Assembly: GCA_902532525.1 (NCBI GenBank)
Contig: CACAIK010000003.1
Location: forward strand, 18,449 to 82,448
Length of the DNA: 64,000 nt
Source of the DNA: an uncultured Pelagibacteraceae bacterium
GTDB taxonomy: Bacteria > Pseudomonadota > Alphaproteobacteria > Pelagibacterales > Pelagibacteraceae
Reading direction: 5' to 3'
Below, in pieces: positions 1 through 10,618 of the stretch (the stretch's first letter is position 1; each line of letters starts with the position of its first letter). The notes under the pieces were generated by a model. It saw only the letters and a list, made by a program, of their open reading frames with translations, was not told the origin of the DNA and did no database searches. A program made the position numbers and the translations under genes.

Positions 1-569
1 CTTTGTTAACTATGGCTGGTTATTCAATTATGATTAAAGAAATTTCAAAACAAACTACGCATTATATTACGCATATATTCCTTCAAGCTGGCGTTGGTGG
101 CATGGCAGCAGGTGTAGTTGCAGGAGTTGCAAAATATTTCAAGAGAGTTCCTAAAATAATAATAGTTGAACCAGATGGAGCTGATTGTGTACTTCAAAGC
201 ATAAAAAGCAAAAGTTTAAAAAAAATTAAAATAAAAAAAGAAAGTATAATGGGTGGTATGTCATGCAATGAAATGTCTCTCATTCCTTGGCATGTATTAA
301 AAAAGGCTAGTGATTGTTGTGTCACTGTAAATGACTCAAAAGTTCCTAAAACTGTTGCAATGCTTAAAGATAAGAAACTCAGTAAAAGATCAATAATAGG
401 TGGTGAATGTGCTACACCAGGAATTATCAGTCTTATTAGTCTCTGTAATAATCCTAAAACAAAGAAATTAATAAATCTTAACGAAAAATCTAATGTTTTA
501 GTTATTGGATGCGAAGGTAATGCAGATGTAAAACTTTACAAACAATTGCTATTTAAAGGCAGAAAGTAA
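1..569 (+). CDS. dpaL: Diaminopropionate ammonia-lyase (PLP fold-type II), C-terminal part; 5' end outside window
   Basis: Motifs MAGYSIMIKE, HIFLQAGVGGMA, IVEP, SIMGGMSC, GCEGNAD match the DpaL/YgeX family; ORF is open at the window edge. Confidence 0.8.
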   Translation, partial: LLTMAGYSIMIKEISKQTTHYITHIFLQAGVGGMAAGVVAGVAKYFKRVPKIIIVEPDGADCVLQSIKSKSLKKIKIKKESIMGGMSCNEMSLIPWHVLKKASDCCVTVNDSKVPKTVAMLKDKKLSKRSIIGGECATPGIISLISLCNNPKTKKLINLNEKSNVLVIGCEGNADVKLYKQLLFKGRK

Positions 570-574
570 ATTAT

Positions 575-1993
575 ATGTCAAAAAAAGCTGTTGTTTGGAT
601 AAGAGACGATTTTAGAATAAAAAATAATTCTGCGTTATCTTATGCAACAAATAATTACGATACTGTCACGGCATTGTATATTTATAACAAGAAAAATTTT
701 GATGATGTTAGAGAAGCACAAAAATGGTGGATAAGTAAATCATTAATAAATTTTAAAGATGAATTAATTAAATATAATATTGAATTAGACTTAGTATTTT
801 CTGATGAGATAACTTTTTTTAGTAAAATCAAAGACAAACATAAAATTTCTATTTTTTGGAATAAAATATATGAGCCATCTCAATTAAAGTTAGATGATGA
901 GCTCATTAAAATTTTTGAAAAAAAAAAAATACTCTCAAAATGCTTTAAAGGAAATGTTCTTAATGAATATAAAAATGTTACAAAAGATGATGGAAGCCCT
1001 TATAAAGTTTATAGTCCATTTTGGAGAGTTGGAGAACAAATTTACTTAGATAGTATCCCAAGCAAATCATTAAACGTAAAAAGAGCTAAGAGCAAAATAA
1101 AATTATTCAAAAATAGTAATGTTCCAGATCAAATTTTACCAAAGAAAAATTGGTATAAAAAATTTGAAAAATATTGGGATCCATCTGAAAAACAATCCGA
1201 AAAATATTTAAATGAGTTTGTTGAAAATAGAATGTTGAAATATGGAGTTGATAGAGATTATCCAGCTATAAATGGTTCGTCAAAACTTTCGCCATTCATT
1301 AGAAACGGACAAATACACGTAAGTAATATTTGGGACAAATGTTATAAATATAAATCAAAAAATATTAGTGTTAAAAAGTATCTAAATGAATTAGGCTGGA
1401 GAGAATTTTCACATAGTTTAATTAATTATTTCCCTGAAATGCTAAAAGGTAATTTAAGAAAAGAATTTGACAAATTTCCATGGGATAAAAATGCAAAAAA
1501 TTTGAAAGCTTGGAAAAATGGTATGACTGGATACCCAATTGTTGATGCTGGGATGAGACAACTTTATGAAACAGGTTGGATGCATAATAGAATTAGAATG
1601 GTAGTTGGTTCTTTTCTTGTAAAACATTTAAGAATTAATTGGAAAGAGGGTGAAAAACATTTTAGAAATTGTTTGTTAGATTTTAACGAAGCAAACAATG
1701 TTGCACAATGGCAATGGGTTGCTGGCTGTGGTGCAGATGCAGCCCCTTATTTTAGAATTTTTAATCCTATATTGCAGGGTGAAAAATTTGATAAACAAGG
1801 TCTGTATGTAAAAAAATGGGTACCTGAATTAGAGAGAGTTCCAAATAAATTTATTCATAAACCATGGGAAATGGAAACTAAATATCAAGAAGCTATAAAA
1901 ACTAAAATTGGTTCTGATTACCCTTCCCCAATAGTCGTGCATGAAGAAGCTAGAAACGCAGCTCTAAAAGCATTTCAAACATTAAAAAATTAA
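575..1993 (+). CDS. phrB: Class I CPD deoxyribodipyrimidine photolyase
   Basis: N-terminal WIRDDFR, SKLSPF, ELGWREF, TGYPIVDAGMRQL, GWMHNRIRM, WQWVAGCGADAAPYFRIFNP. Confidence 0.95.
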   Translation: MSKKAVVWIRDDFRIKNNSALSYATNNYDTVTALYIYNKKNFDDVREAQKWWISKSLINFKDELIKYNIELDLVFSDEITFFSKIKDKHKISIFWNKIYEPSQLKLDDELIKIFEKKKILSKCFKGNVLNEYKNVTKDDGSPYKVYSPFWRVGEQIYLDSIPSKSLNVKRAKSKIKLFKNSNVPDQILPKKNWYKKFEKYWDPSEKQSEKYLNEFVENRMLKYGVDRDYPAINGSSKLSPFIRNGQIHVSNIWDKCYKYKSKNISVKKYLNELGWREFSHSLINYFPEMLKGNLRKEFDKFPWDKNAKNLKAWKNGMTGYPIVDAGMRQLYETGWMHNRIRMVVGSFLVKHLRINWKEGEKHFRNCLLDFNEANNVAQWQWVAGCGADAAPYFRIFNPILQGEKFDKQGLYVKKWVPELERVPNKFIHKPWEMETKYQEAIKTKIGSDYPSPIVVHEEARNAALKAFQTLKN

Positions 1994-2413
1994 TTAATCT
2001 CCAATAAAATGATGAATAATAAGCCTTTTCATAGAAGCTAACCTATGTTCAAAAAGGTAAATTCCTTGCCAAGTTCCTAACAAAAGTTGTTTGTTTTTTA
2101 TACTGAGGGATATTTGATTGTTAGTTAAAGCTGACTTTATATGAGCTGGCATATCGTCCTTACCTTCTATTGTATGAACATATAATTTATTATCCATTGG
2201 AGCAATTTTATCAAAATAATTAATTAAATCTGATTGAACATCTGGATCAGCATTTTCTTGAACAATTAAAGATGCACTAGTGTGCTGTATGCTTAAATTT
2301 AAAATACCATTATTAAAATTATTTTTATTTATCCAGTCTATCGTTTGATCTGTAAATTCATATAATTTTTGACCATTTGTTTTAAGTTCAAGATTAAAAA
2401 ATTCTTGTCTCAT
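1994..2413 (-). CDS. yjbQ: YjbQ/UPF0047 family protein (secondary thiamine-phosphate synthase family)
   Basis: HTSASL-x-ENADPDV, AHIKSAL, LGTWQGIYLFEH. Confidence 0.9.
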   Translation of the reverse strand: MRQEFFNLELKTNGQKLYEFTDQTIDWINKNNFNNGILNLSIQHTSASLIVQENADPDVQSDLINYFDKIAPMDNKLYVHTIEGKDDMPAHIKSALTNNQISLSIKNKQLLLGTWQGIYLFEHRLASMKRLIIHHFIGD

Positions 2414-3465
2414 AAATATTTTTTAGATGTTAGTTCATATAATCGGCTAATGGTTCGCTTAAATGGTTTTTCCAATAATTTTGATGATGTGAGTTTATCA
2501 ATATTTAGTTCTGCACTAATGGCCATAGGTATATTTTGATCATATACGATATCTAAAAAAGTTATAAATCTTTGTTGTTGATTCGAATTTAAATCATTAA
2601 ATGCTGGCACATTTTCCATAACTATAAAAAAACAATTTTTTACTATTTTAATATAATCTTCCGATCCTAAATTTTTATCACATACTTCTTTAAAAGTTAA
2701 TCGAACAATACCATCATAAAAATTTTTTAAAATAAATTTTCTCCCTTTGATGTTTAAAGTCTTTTCTTTTAAAATCTTATCTTTAGTCATTACTCTAAAT
2801 AATTTGTTTATTTTAAAATTGTTTTCTTGATTTAAAGGTGAGTAATATCTTTGAGTTTTATTGCCTTTGGACTTTCTATAATCATCATCTATATTTAATT
2901 GATATTCAAATGATTGATTTTGCATTATTTTTATAAAAGGTTTGAATTGATCCCTTTGCAAACCATCTTTATACAAATTTTCGATTTTTATATTAGAGGT
3001 TACAATAATTTTTAAATCTTCTTTAAATATTTCATCAAATAATTTTCCAAGTATCATTGCATCTACTATATTTGTAACCTGAAACTCATCAAAATATATT
3101 AATTTTACTTTCGATTTTAATTTTTTAACAAATTTACTTATTTTATTTTCGTCATTTTTATCTTTGGATTGGTGTACAAAATCATGAAAGCTAAGCATAA
3201 ATTCATTGAAGTGAAGTTTTAATTTTTTACCCTCAACTAAGTTGAAAAAAAAATCTAATATCATGGTTTTACCCACACCAACATCTCCATAAAGATAAAA
3301 GCCTTTTTTATAATTTTTTTTTGATAAAATTTTTGAGATAAATGATTTGTAGTTTAATTTATAATATTCTTCTAATACTTTTATGAGTTTTATCTGATGC
3401 GAATTAACGTCTAAATTTTTCTTTTTGCAGTAAAGTTTAAAATCTTTAACAAAACTTTTTTGCAT
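2410..3465 (-). CDS. zapE: AFG1/ZapE family ATPase
   Basis: Walker A GDVGVGKT, HFNEFM, Walker B FDEFQVTNIVDAMIL, TSN, LYKDGLQR, RTISRL. Confidence 0.92.
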   Translation of the reverse strand: MQKSFVKDFKLYCKKKNLDVNSHQIKLIKVLEEYYKLNYKSFISKILSKKNYKKGFYLYGDVGVGKTMILDFFFNLVEGKKLKLHFNEFMLSFHDFVHQSKDKNDENKISKFVKKLKSKVKLIYFDEFQVTNIVDAMILGKLFDEIFKEDLKIIVTSNIKIENLYKDGLQRDQFKPFIKIMQNQSFEYQLNIDDDYRKSKGNKTQRYYSPLNQENNFKINKLFRVMTKDKILKEKTLNIKGRKFILKNFYDGIVRLTFKEVCDKNLGSEDYIKIVKNCFFIVMENVPAFNDLNSNQQQRFITFLDIVYDQNIPMAISAELNIDKLTSSKLLEKPFKRTISRLYELTSKKYL

Positions 3466-3896
3466 TAATTCTTTTTTGAATTAAAATCGATACCATATTC
3501 TGATCTTGGTCCTTTTCTTAATCCAAAAGGTCCAGAGATAAAAATTGTCATTGGCCTTGTTCCTGGCTCAAGGTCTACTCTATGATATGCATTGGCTGAT
3601 CTAAATCCAATATATCCAGGTTTTCTCCAGAACTTGCCTTTTTTAGTAGTTTCCCAATAACCGTCTCTCAAAATTATTGTAATATAAGGGAATAGATGAT
3701 TATGAACTCCATCCCCATGATCATCATCCAACATTTCATGAATTAATATATTAAATGGGAACCACTTTGGTCTATTCCTAAATAATAAATAATATCTATT
3801 CATCCATGGTTTGGCTTCATTAAATTTTGGGTGAGACGGCCCCCTATCTAAAACTATTTTTTTTCTTCCAATTTTTTCCAAAAATTTTAATAACAT
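3465..3896 (-). CDS. Small cupin-like metal-binding hypothetical protein
   Basis: 143-aa ORF with 1-bp overlaps to both neighbours; H-x-H (VHNH) followed by IILRDGYWE and a distal YHRV, which is the cupin His/Glu arrangement. Confidence 0.6.
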   Translation of the reverse strand: MLLKFLEKIGRKKIVLDRGPSHPKFNEAKPWMNRYYLLFRNRPKWFPFNILIHEMLDDDHGDGVHNHLFPYITIILRDGYWETTKKGKFWRKPGYIGFRSANAYHRVDLEPGTRPMTIFISGPFGLRKGPRSEYGIDFNSKKN

Positions 3897-5164
3897 TAAT
3901 TTGATTTTATAATTCCATTATTTTTAATTAAAAAAATATTGGCATTATTAATAAATGGCCTCGATATTTTTTCATTATTAAATTTAATTACTTTCTCTGT
4001 TTCAGAATTAGTTAAATTAATAATCAAAATTCGTCCATTATCAGTAGACAAATAAATTTTATTTTTAGAAATAACAAAACCTACTGGTGTAATTTTCTCT
4101 CTTTTTTTAAATGTTGAGAAAACATCAGTGATCCTGATTATATTTCCAGTCTCAGTATCAATCACAAATAAATATCCTTCCTCAGAAATATTAAAAATAT
4201 AATTTTCAGAAATCGTAGGCTTTAAACTGGAATTTACAGTTTGTTTCCATTTTACTATGCCAGTTCTTGTGTCAATTGAGAATAACTCATTTTTATTATT
4301 TGAAAAATATATTGTTTCATTATTTAAAATCATTTCTGAATTTTTTAGACTAAATGCATTTAAGAATATTTCGTTGCTCTGAGTAGGTGTTTGCCAAACT
4401 AAACTCCCATCATTAATATTTAATGCCGTAAGATCACCTAAATTATTAAGTGAATAAACAATGTCATCTTTAATAATAACAGATAATTTTTTTTGAGATT
4501 TAATGAATGTGTTTTCTGTTTTAAAATTCCATAATTCATCTCCATCTACTATTGAGAAACATCTAATAACATTATCAAAATCAACAGTGACAAATTTATC
4601 ATTTTTTATTGCAATATTTGAATTAAATGGAGATAGACTGTCCTTCTTCCAGTTTAGTTCCCCATTATCTAAATTTAATGAAAAAATATTTGAAAGAGTA
4701 TCAGCAGCAATAATTTTATTATCTATATAATTAAAATATAATATCGGATTAAGTTTTCTCTCTTTCTTTGAGTAATGATTTGCTTTCCACAAAGTTTCAA
4801 AATTTTCATTAATTCTGAAAATTGTGCCTTTGTTATCAAAATAAACAAGATCATTATTTTTGATAAATAAAATATCTGTATCGATTGAATTAAACTGTTT
4901 AATCTTTGAAAATTTAAAAGTTTTCTTTTTTTTAAATGTTGGCTCAAAGTTAATATTTCCATTATTATTTGTATTATTATTTATAAAACTATTATCTTTA
5001 ACAAATTTAGATAGATTTATTTGTATATTGGGATTTAATTGTTTTTGAATTGGTTTAATTTCTTCAAATAAAATTTTAGAATTGGTATTTTCTACAGATT
5101 TATCACTTTGACCACAACTTGATAATAAAAGTAAAAAGACGAAATATAATACTATCCTACTCAC
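3896..5164 (-). CDS. PQQ-type beta-propeller lipoprotein (BamB-like)
   Basis: Lipobox LLSSC; repeated G-x-x-x-W blades (NGELNWK, DGDELWN, DGSLVWQ, TGIVKWK); follows a YfgM-like gene. Confidence 0.8.
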   Translation of the reverse strand: MSRIVLYFVFLLLLSSCGQSDKSVENTNSKILFEEIKPIQKQLNPNIQINLSKFVKDNSFINNNTNNNGNINFEPTFKKKKTFKFSKIKQFNSIDTDILFIKNNDLVYFDNKGTIFRINENFETLWKANHYSKKERKLNPILYFNYIDNKIIAADTLSNIFSLNLDNGELNWKKDSLSPFNSNIAIKNDKFVTVDFDNVIRCFSIVDGDELWNFKTENTFIKSQKKLSVIIKDDIVYSLNNLGDLTALNINDGSLVWQTPTQSNEIFLNAFSLKNSEMILNNETIYFSNNKNELFSIDTRTGIVKWKQTVNSSLKPTISENYIFNISEEGYLFVIDTETGNIIRITDVFSTFKKREKITPVGFVISKNKIYLSTDNGRILIINLTNSETEKVIKFNNEKISRPFINNANIFLIKNNGIIKSN

Positions 5165-5801
5165 TGAAACTAGATCTTAGCCTTTTTTGAGCTTTGGTTT
5201 TTATTTTTGAGTTATTATTTTCAAGACTAACTATTTGCTCAAAAAATTCTTTTGATTTTTGCATTTGATTTTTTGATAAATAATATTCTGCCATAATATA
5301 AAGACTGTGTGGTTTCCATATACTATCTGCTTTAATTAAAGGATTAAAAATAGCTAACAATTGATTTTCATCTGAAAAATCTGAATTATATAGGCCTTTT
5401 TTAAAGATTGTTAGTTCTTTAAACTTTTTATCCAAACCAATATCATTAATTAAAATATCAAAATAATTGTTAATTTCATCTTTTGAATTTATCAAATCGT
5501 TATCTAGCAAAAAATAAAAGGCTAGAGGAGAATATGTTTTGTCTTTAGCATTAATCACCTCTTTAAGATCTGGGATCACATTATATTTATTATCTGCTTC
5601 ATACCTTATTACAGCTAAGTCGTATTTATCAGCTAATTTTTCTCTTTTGCTAGATTGATATTCTTCAAAAGAAAAGTAGCCGATTAAAGCCAAAATAATT
5701 ATTACTAATATCGAAATTAAAGAATTTTTATTATTTATGAAAAAGTTTTTAATTTTTTCATTACGTGTTTGGGTATTTATTATTTCAATATCTTCATCCA
5801 T
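5157..5801 (-). CDS. YfgM-like membrane-anchored TPR protein
   Basis: One N-terminal TM helix after EKIKNFF, then helical repeats; directly upstream of the BamB-like gene, as is typical. Confidence 0.7.
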   Translation of the reverse strand: MDEDIEIINTQTRNEKIKNFFINNKNSLISILVIIILALIGYFSFEEYQSSKREKLADKYDLAVIRYEADNKYNVIPDLKEVINAKDKTYSPLAFYFLLDNDLINSKDEINNYFDILINDIGLDKKFKELTIFKKGLYNSDFSDENQLLAIFNPLIKADSIWKPHSLYIMAEYYLSKNQMQKSKEFFEQIVSLENNNSKIKTKAQKRLRSSFSE

Positions 5802-8470
5802 TAAATCATGTTCCTAAGTACATATTGTAAAATTCCACCATTTTTGTAATACTCTAATTCGTTCTTGGTATCTATTCTACTTAACATTTTAATTCTCTTG
5901 ATATCTCCAGAAACATATTTGATTTCAACATCAACTTCATCTCTAGGATCTATACCTTTTTCTAAGTCAATAATAGAAAATAGTTCTGAGCCATCTAATT
6001 TTAGATTAGTTCTATTTATTCCATCTTTAAACTGTAATGGTAGTATACCCATTCCTATAAGATTTGATCTATGAATTCTCTCAAAACTTTCTGCAAAAAC
6101 AGCTTTTACACCTAAAAGTTTAGTACCTTTGGCCGCCCAATCTCTTGAAGAACCAGTTCCATACTCTTTACCACCAATTACAACTAAATCTGTACCTCTT
6201 TTTTTATATTCAACAACCGCATCATAAACAGGCATTACTTTTTCCTCAGGGTACAATTTTGTAAAACCACCTTCAGTACCAGGAGCCATTTCATTTCTAA
6301 TTCTTATATTAGCAAAAGTCCCTCTCATCATAACCTCATGATTGCCTCTTCTTGCTCCATAGGAATTATAGTCTTTAGGAAGAATTTGATGTTTCATAAA
6401 ATATTCTCCAGTCGGACTATCTTTTTGAATTGATCCAGCAGGTGAAATATGATCAGTGGTAATACTATCACCTAATATTAATAGTGGTCTTGCATCCTTA
6501 ATTTCTTTAAATCCTTCTGGTTTATCAGGAAGATTGTCGAAAAATGGAGGTTTTTTTACATATGTTGAATTATCTTCCCAATTATAAATATTGGTTTCAT
6601 CTGTTTTAATTTTTTGCCATTGTTCTGGTCCTTGGGAAACATTCGAGTATCTTTTTATAAACATTTCTGCATTTAACGAATTTCTCAATGTTTCTTCTAT
6701 TTCTTTGTTAGATGGCCATATATCTTTTAAAAAAACATCTTTACCATCTTTATCTTTGCCTAACGGATCCTTATACAAATCAAATCTCATAGTTCCTGCT
6801 ATTGCATAAGCAACAACTAATGGCGGAGATGCTAAATAGTTTGCTTTTATTAGAGGTGAAATTCTTCCTTCAAAGTTTCTGTTTCCAGATAAAACTGAAA
6901 CAGCATAAATATTATTATTTTTTATGGAGTCTGATATGTTATCAGCTAATGGACCTGAATTACCAATACAAGTAGTGCATCCATAACCAACTAAATTAAA
7001 TCCTAACTTATCTAAATAAATATTCAGCCCAGCTTTTTCTAAATAATCTGTAACTACTTGAGATCCAGGTGCTAAAGATGTTTTCACCCAGGGCTTAGTC
7101 ATTAAACCTTTTTCAATTGCATTTTTTGCAAGCAAACCTGCTCCAATTAGTACACTTGGATTAGAGGTATTAGTGCAAGAAGTGATTGCAGCAATTAAAA
7201 CATCACCATCAGTTATTTTAAATTCTTCTTTTTCAACATTATAAATATTTGGCTCTTCTTTTTTAGTAACTTCTGAAAACACTTTTTTAAAATTTGATGA
7301 TGCATTAGTTAGCAAAACTTTATCTTGGGGACGTTTTGGTCCTGAAATAGTCGGCACTATAGTTGACATATCTAAAGATAGAGTGTCTGTAAACTCTACA
7401 TCTAAACTTGCCCAAAGTCCTTGTTCTTGAGCATACTGTTTTACAATTTCAACATTTTGATCATCTCTTCCTGAGAATTTTAAATATTTTAAAGTCTCGT
7501 CATCTATTGGGAAAAAACCACAAGTTGCACCATACTCAGGTGCCATATTTGCTATGGTAGCCCTATCTGCTAAAGTCAGATTTTTTAGTCCTTCGCCATA
7601 GAATTCGACAAACTTTCCCACAACTCCTTTGTCTCTCAACATTTTAACTACAGTTAAAACAAGATCAGTTGCTGTTGTACCTTCTGGCATTTTTGATTTC
7701 ATTTCAAACCCAATAACTTCAGGTATTAACATCGAAATAGGTTGACCTAACATTCCAGCTTCAGCTTCAATTCCGCCCACGCCCCAGCCCAAAACCGATA
7801 GGCCGTTTACCATAGTTGTATGACTATCTGTTCCAACTAAAGTATCTGGAAATATATATTCTTCACCTTTATATTTTTCATTCCAAACAACTTTTGAAAG
7901 GTATTCCAAATTAACTTGATGACATATTCCAGTTCCCGGTGGAACTATTCTAAAATTATTGAATGCTTGTTGCCCCCATTTGAGAAAAGAATATCTTTCA
8001 GCATTCCGATTAAATTCAATATCAACATTTTCTTTTAATGAATTTTTATTTGCAAATTTATCTACTTGTACAGAGTGATCAATTACCAAATCAACTGATG
8101 ATAATGGATTGATAGTACTTGGATCTTTATTTTTTTCTTTTACAGCCTCTCTCATTGCAGCTAAATCTGCAACCGCTGGAATTCCAGTATAATCTTGAAG
8201 TAAAACTCTCGCAGGCCTATATGCAATTTCTGTATTAGAACTTTTAGATTTTAACCAATCTTTAATAGCTTCAATTTGTTTTTTATTAACCGTTATATCG
8301 TCTTCAAATCTTAACAAATTCTCAAGTAAGACCTTCAATGATTTTGGAAGCTTTGATATACCTGCTAAACCATTTTTCTCAGCCTCTTTCAGTGAGTAAA
8401 AATTATAACTTTTGCCGTTAACTAAAATTTTAGTTAACGAATTGAACGAGTTTTTGTCTCCTGGTTTCAT
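5801..8470 (-). CDS. acnA: Aconitate hydratase A
   Basis: RVLLQDYTG, DLVIDHSVQVD, GTDSHT, AAITSCTNTSNP, GYGCTTCIGNSG, GSSRDWAAKG; start moved to MKPGDK (ATG 8470) to avoid overlap with the LysE gene. Confidence 0.97.
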   Translation of the reverse strand: MKPGDKNSFNSLTKILVNGKSYNFYSLKEAEKNGLAGISKLPKSLKVLLENLLRFEDDITVNKKQIEAIKDWLKSKSSNTEIAYRPARVLLQDYTGIPAVADLAAMREAVKEKNKDPSTINPLSSVDLVIDHSVQVDKFANKNSLKENVDIEFNRNAERYSFLKWGQQAFNNFRIVPPGTGICHQVNLEYLSKVVWNEKYKGEEYIFPDTLVGTDSHTTMVNGLSVLGWGVGGIEAEAGMLGQPISMLIPEVIGFEMKSKMPEGTTATDLVLTVVKMLRDKGVVGKFVEFYGEGLKNLTLADRATIANMAPEYGATCGFFPIDDETLKYLKFSGRDDQNVEIVKQYAQEQGLWASLDVEFTDTLSLDMSTIVPTISGPKRPQDKVLLTNASSNFKKVFSEVTKKEEPNIYNVEKEEFKITDGDVLIAAITSCTNTSNPSVLIGAGLLAKNAIEKGLMTKPWVKTSLAPGSQVVTDYLEKAGLNIYLDKLGFNLVGYGCTTCIGNSGPLADNISDSIKNNNIYAVSVLSGNRNFEGRISPLIKANYLASPPLVVAYAIAGTMRFDLYKDPLGKDKDGKDVFLKDIWPSNKEIEETLRNSLNAEMFIKRYSNVSQGPEQWQKIKTDETNIYNWEDNSTYVKKPPFFDNLPDKPEGFKEIKDARPLLILGDSITTDHISPAGSIQKDSPTGEYFMKHQILPKDYNSYGARRGNHEVMMRGTFANIRIRNEMAPGTEGGFTKLYPEEKVMPVYDAVVEYKKRGTDLVVIGGKEYGTGSSRDWAAKGTKLLGVKAVFAESFERIHRSNLIGMGILPLQFKDGINRTNLKLDGSELFSIIDLEKGIDPRDEVDVEIKYVSGDIKRIKMLSRIDTKNELEYYKNGGILQYVLRNMI

Positions 8471-8472
8471 AT

Positions 8473-9063
8473 TTAATAATAAAATGTAGCTATGCAGCCT
8501 AATAAAAGCGCTGACATAACATAATTGAACCATTTAATAAATTTCTCATTTGTCGCGAATTTTCTCATAAATTTACCAATTAAAGTCCAAAATAAGATAC
8601 TAAATATAGCAAAGAAAAAGGCAGAAGTTAGGAGCCAGAAAGAATAAGTAAAAAAGTTATCTCCAGATTCGATATAAGTTGATACTGCAATAATAGCAAC
8701 GATTACTCCTTTAGGATTTAAGAATTGAAAAAGAAATGTTTCTATAAATTTAACAGGTTCTAGTTTTTCTTTTTGGTTAGAAGATTTGGAAAATGAAATT
8801 CTGTAAGCCAAATAAACTAAAAATGCAGACCCTGTGAAAACTAAAATTTTTTGAATTATTGGGTATAATTTAAAAATGTTAATTAGCCCAAAATTGACTA
8901 AAGATAACATTGAAGTAAAACCAAATATAACACCTAACATTAGAGGTATGGTTTTTTTTACTCCATGATTAAAACCTGAATGAGATGCAACAATATTATT
9001 TGGACCAGGCGAACAACTAGTAACAAAAAAAAATAAGCTTAATGATAATAGCTCTGGATGCAT
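8473..9063 (-). CDS. LysE/RhtB family translocator
   Basis: SPGPNN and FQFLNPKG motifs; hydrophobic throughout. Confidence 0.88.
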   Translation of the reverse strand: MHPELLSLSLFFFVTSCSPGPNNIVASHSGFNHGVKKTIPLMLGVIFGFTSMLSLVNFGLINIFKLYPIIQKILVFTGSAFLVYLAYRISFSKSSNQKEKLEPVKFIETFLFQFLNPKGVIVAIIAVSTYIESGDNFFTYSFWLLTSAFFFAIFSILFWTLIGKFMRKFATNEKFIKWFNYVMSALLLGCIATFYY

Positions 9064-9405
9064 TTAAGCAATCGGTAATCCATTCTCTGCTTCTTGAGAT
9101 GGATGAACTAAAGTTACTCTACCCTCTGCATCTATAGATCCGAGTATTAACACTTGTGAAACAACTCCAGCAATATTTTTTTCCGCAAAATTACAAACAC
9201 CAATTACTTGTTTTCCTTTGAGATTCTCTTCATTATAATAATGAGTAATTTGAGCTGAAGATTGTTTTATTCCTATCTTTCCTCCAAAATCAACTTCTAC
9301 AACTAATGAAGGTTTTCTTGCTTTTTCATTTTTTCTTACAGAAATAATTGTTCCCAATCTAATATCGACTTTATCAAAGTCTTCATACGTAATTTGTTCT
9401 TTCAT
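9064..9405 (-). CDS. csaA: CsaA/Trbp111 tRNA-binding / export chaperone
   Basis: DFDKVDIRLG, SSAQIT-x-Y, VCNF, IAGVVSQVLILG; likely start MKEQIT at 9405. Confidence 0.88.
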   Translation of the reverse strand: MKEQITYEDFDKVDIRLGTIISVRKNEKARKPSLVVEVDFGGKIGIKQSSAQITHYYNEENLKGKQVIGVCNFAEKNIAGVVSQVLILGSIDAEGRVTLVHPSQEAENGLPIA

Positions 9406-9430
9406 AAATTTAATATATAATGATTTGTAA

Positions 9431-10618
9431 ATGAGTACAGAAAATAATCCTGACAAAATTTATAAAGATTCGATACGAATATTGACAGATTTGATTGCTT
9501 TCAAAACTATTTCTGGAAACGATAATAATAGTCTCATTAATTACTGTGATGATATTTTAAAAAATTTAGGAGCAACTTCATTTAGAATTTTTGATGGTGA
9601 TAAAAAACGAGTTAATCTTTTTGCTTCTTTAAAATCTAAAAATGGAAATGGTAAAAAACCCATTATTCTCTCAGGTCACACAGATGTAGTTCCAGTTTCA
9701 AAAGGCTGGTCTACTGATCCATTTGTTGCAACTATAAAAAATGAGAAATTATTTGGGAGAGGTTCTTGTGATATGAAAGGTTTTATTGCATGTGCTCTAG
9801 CATATGCTCCTGTATTTAAAGAAAATAATTTAGATAGAGACATTCACTTTTCATTTACATTTGATGAAGAAACCGCATGCATCGGCGCACCATTATTAAT
9901 AAAAGAATTAAAAAAAAGAGATATTAAAGATGGAATTTGCATTATTGGTGAACCAACCAATATGAAAATCATTGATGCCCATAAAGGTATGAATGAATAT
10001 ACAGTTCACTTTGGAGGTTTAGCTGGTCATAGTTCTACACCAGGCCAAGGTGTTAATGCAGTTGAATATGCATCGAGGTACGTAAATAAATTACTAGAAA
10101 TTAGATCAAAACTAAAAGATAGAGCTCCTAAAGATTGTATATTTAATCCACCATATTCTACATTATCAGTTGGTGGAGTTTCAGGTGGTATAGCTCATAA
10201 TGTTATCGCTGATAAATGTAAAGTTGAATGGGAAACTAGACCAGTGGTCAGAGAAGATGGAGATTTTGTAAATCAAATAATAGACGATTATGTTGATAAT
10301 GAATTATTGCCAGAAATGAAAAAAGTTTTTTCAGATGCTTATATTAAAAAAGAAATTATAGGCGAAGTAGTTGGATTTAATAGATTAAACGATTCCGAAG
10401 CTTGTGAATTTGTTTCTAGTATAACTGGTGACAATTCAAGAGAAGCTGTTTCGTTTGGAACAGAGGCTGGACTCTTTCAAGAAGTTGGTATTAGCACTGT
10501 AGTTTGTGGACCTGGTTCGATTGAACAGGCTCATAAAATTGATGAATATATAGAACTTAGTGAATTAAAAAAATGCCTAGACTTTTTAAAAGGTGTAAAA
10601 GATAAATCTATAAATTAA
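9431..10618 (+). CDS. argE: Acetylornithine deacetylase (M20A)
   Basis: SGHTDVVP, GRGSCDMKGF, FDEET, IIGEPT, GHSS, FGTEAG, GPGSIEQAH. Confidence 0.88.
   Translation: MSTENNPDKIYKDSIRILTDLIAFKTISGNDNNSLINYCDDILKNLGATSFRIFDGDKKRVNLFASLKSKNGNGKKPIILSGHTDVVPVSKGWSTDPFVATIKNEKLFGRGSCDMKGFIACALAYAPVFKENNLDRDIHFSFTFDEETACIGAPLLIKELKKRDIKDGICIIGEPTNMKIIDAHKGMNEYTVHFGGLAGHSSTPGQGVNAVEYASRYVNKLLEIRSKLKDRAPKDCIFNPPYSTLSVGGVSGGIAHNVIADKCKVEWETRPVVREDGDFVNQIIDDYVDNELLPEMKKVFSDAYIKKEIIGEVVGFNRLNDSEACEFVSSITGDNSREAVSFGTEAGLFQEVGISTVVCGPGSIEQAHKIDEYIELSELKKCLDFLKGVKDKSIN

Noticed and set aside
8471-8533. N-terminal extension of acnA (MVQLCY...) in the ORF track
   Set aside because: It overlaps the LysE gene; the ATG at 8470 gives a typical AcnA length and start.
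9406-9456. N-terminal extension of csaA overlapping argE head-to-head
   Set aside because: CsaA homology begins at MKEQITYEDF (9405).
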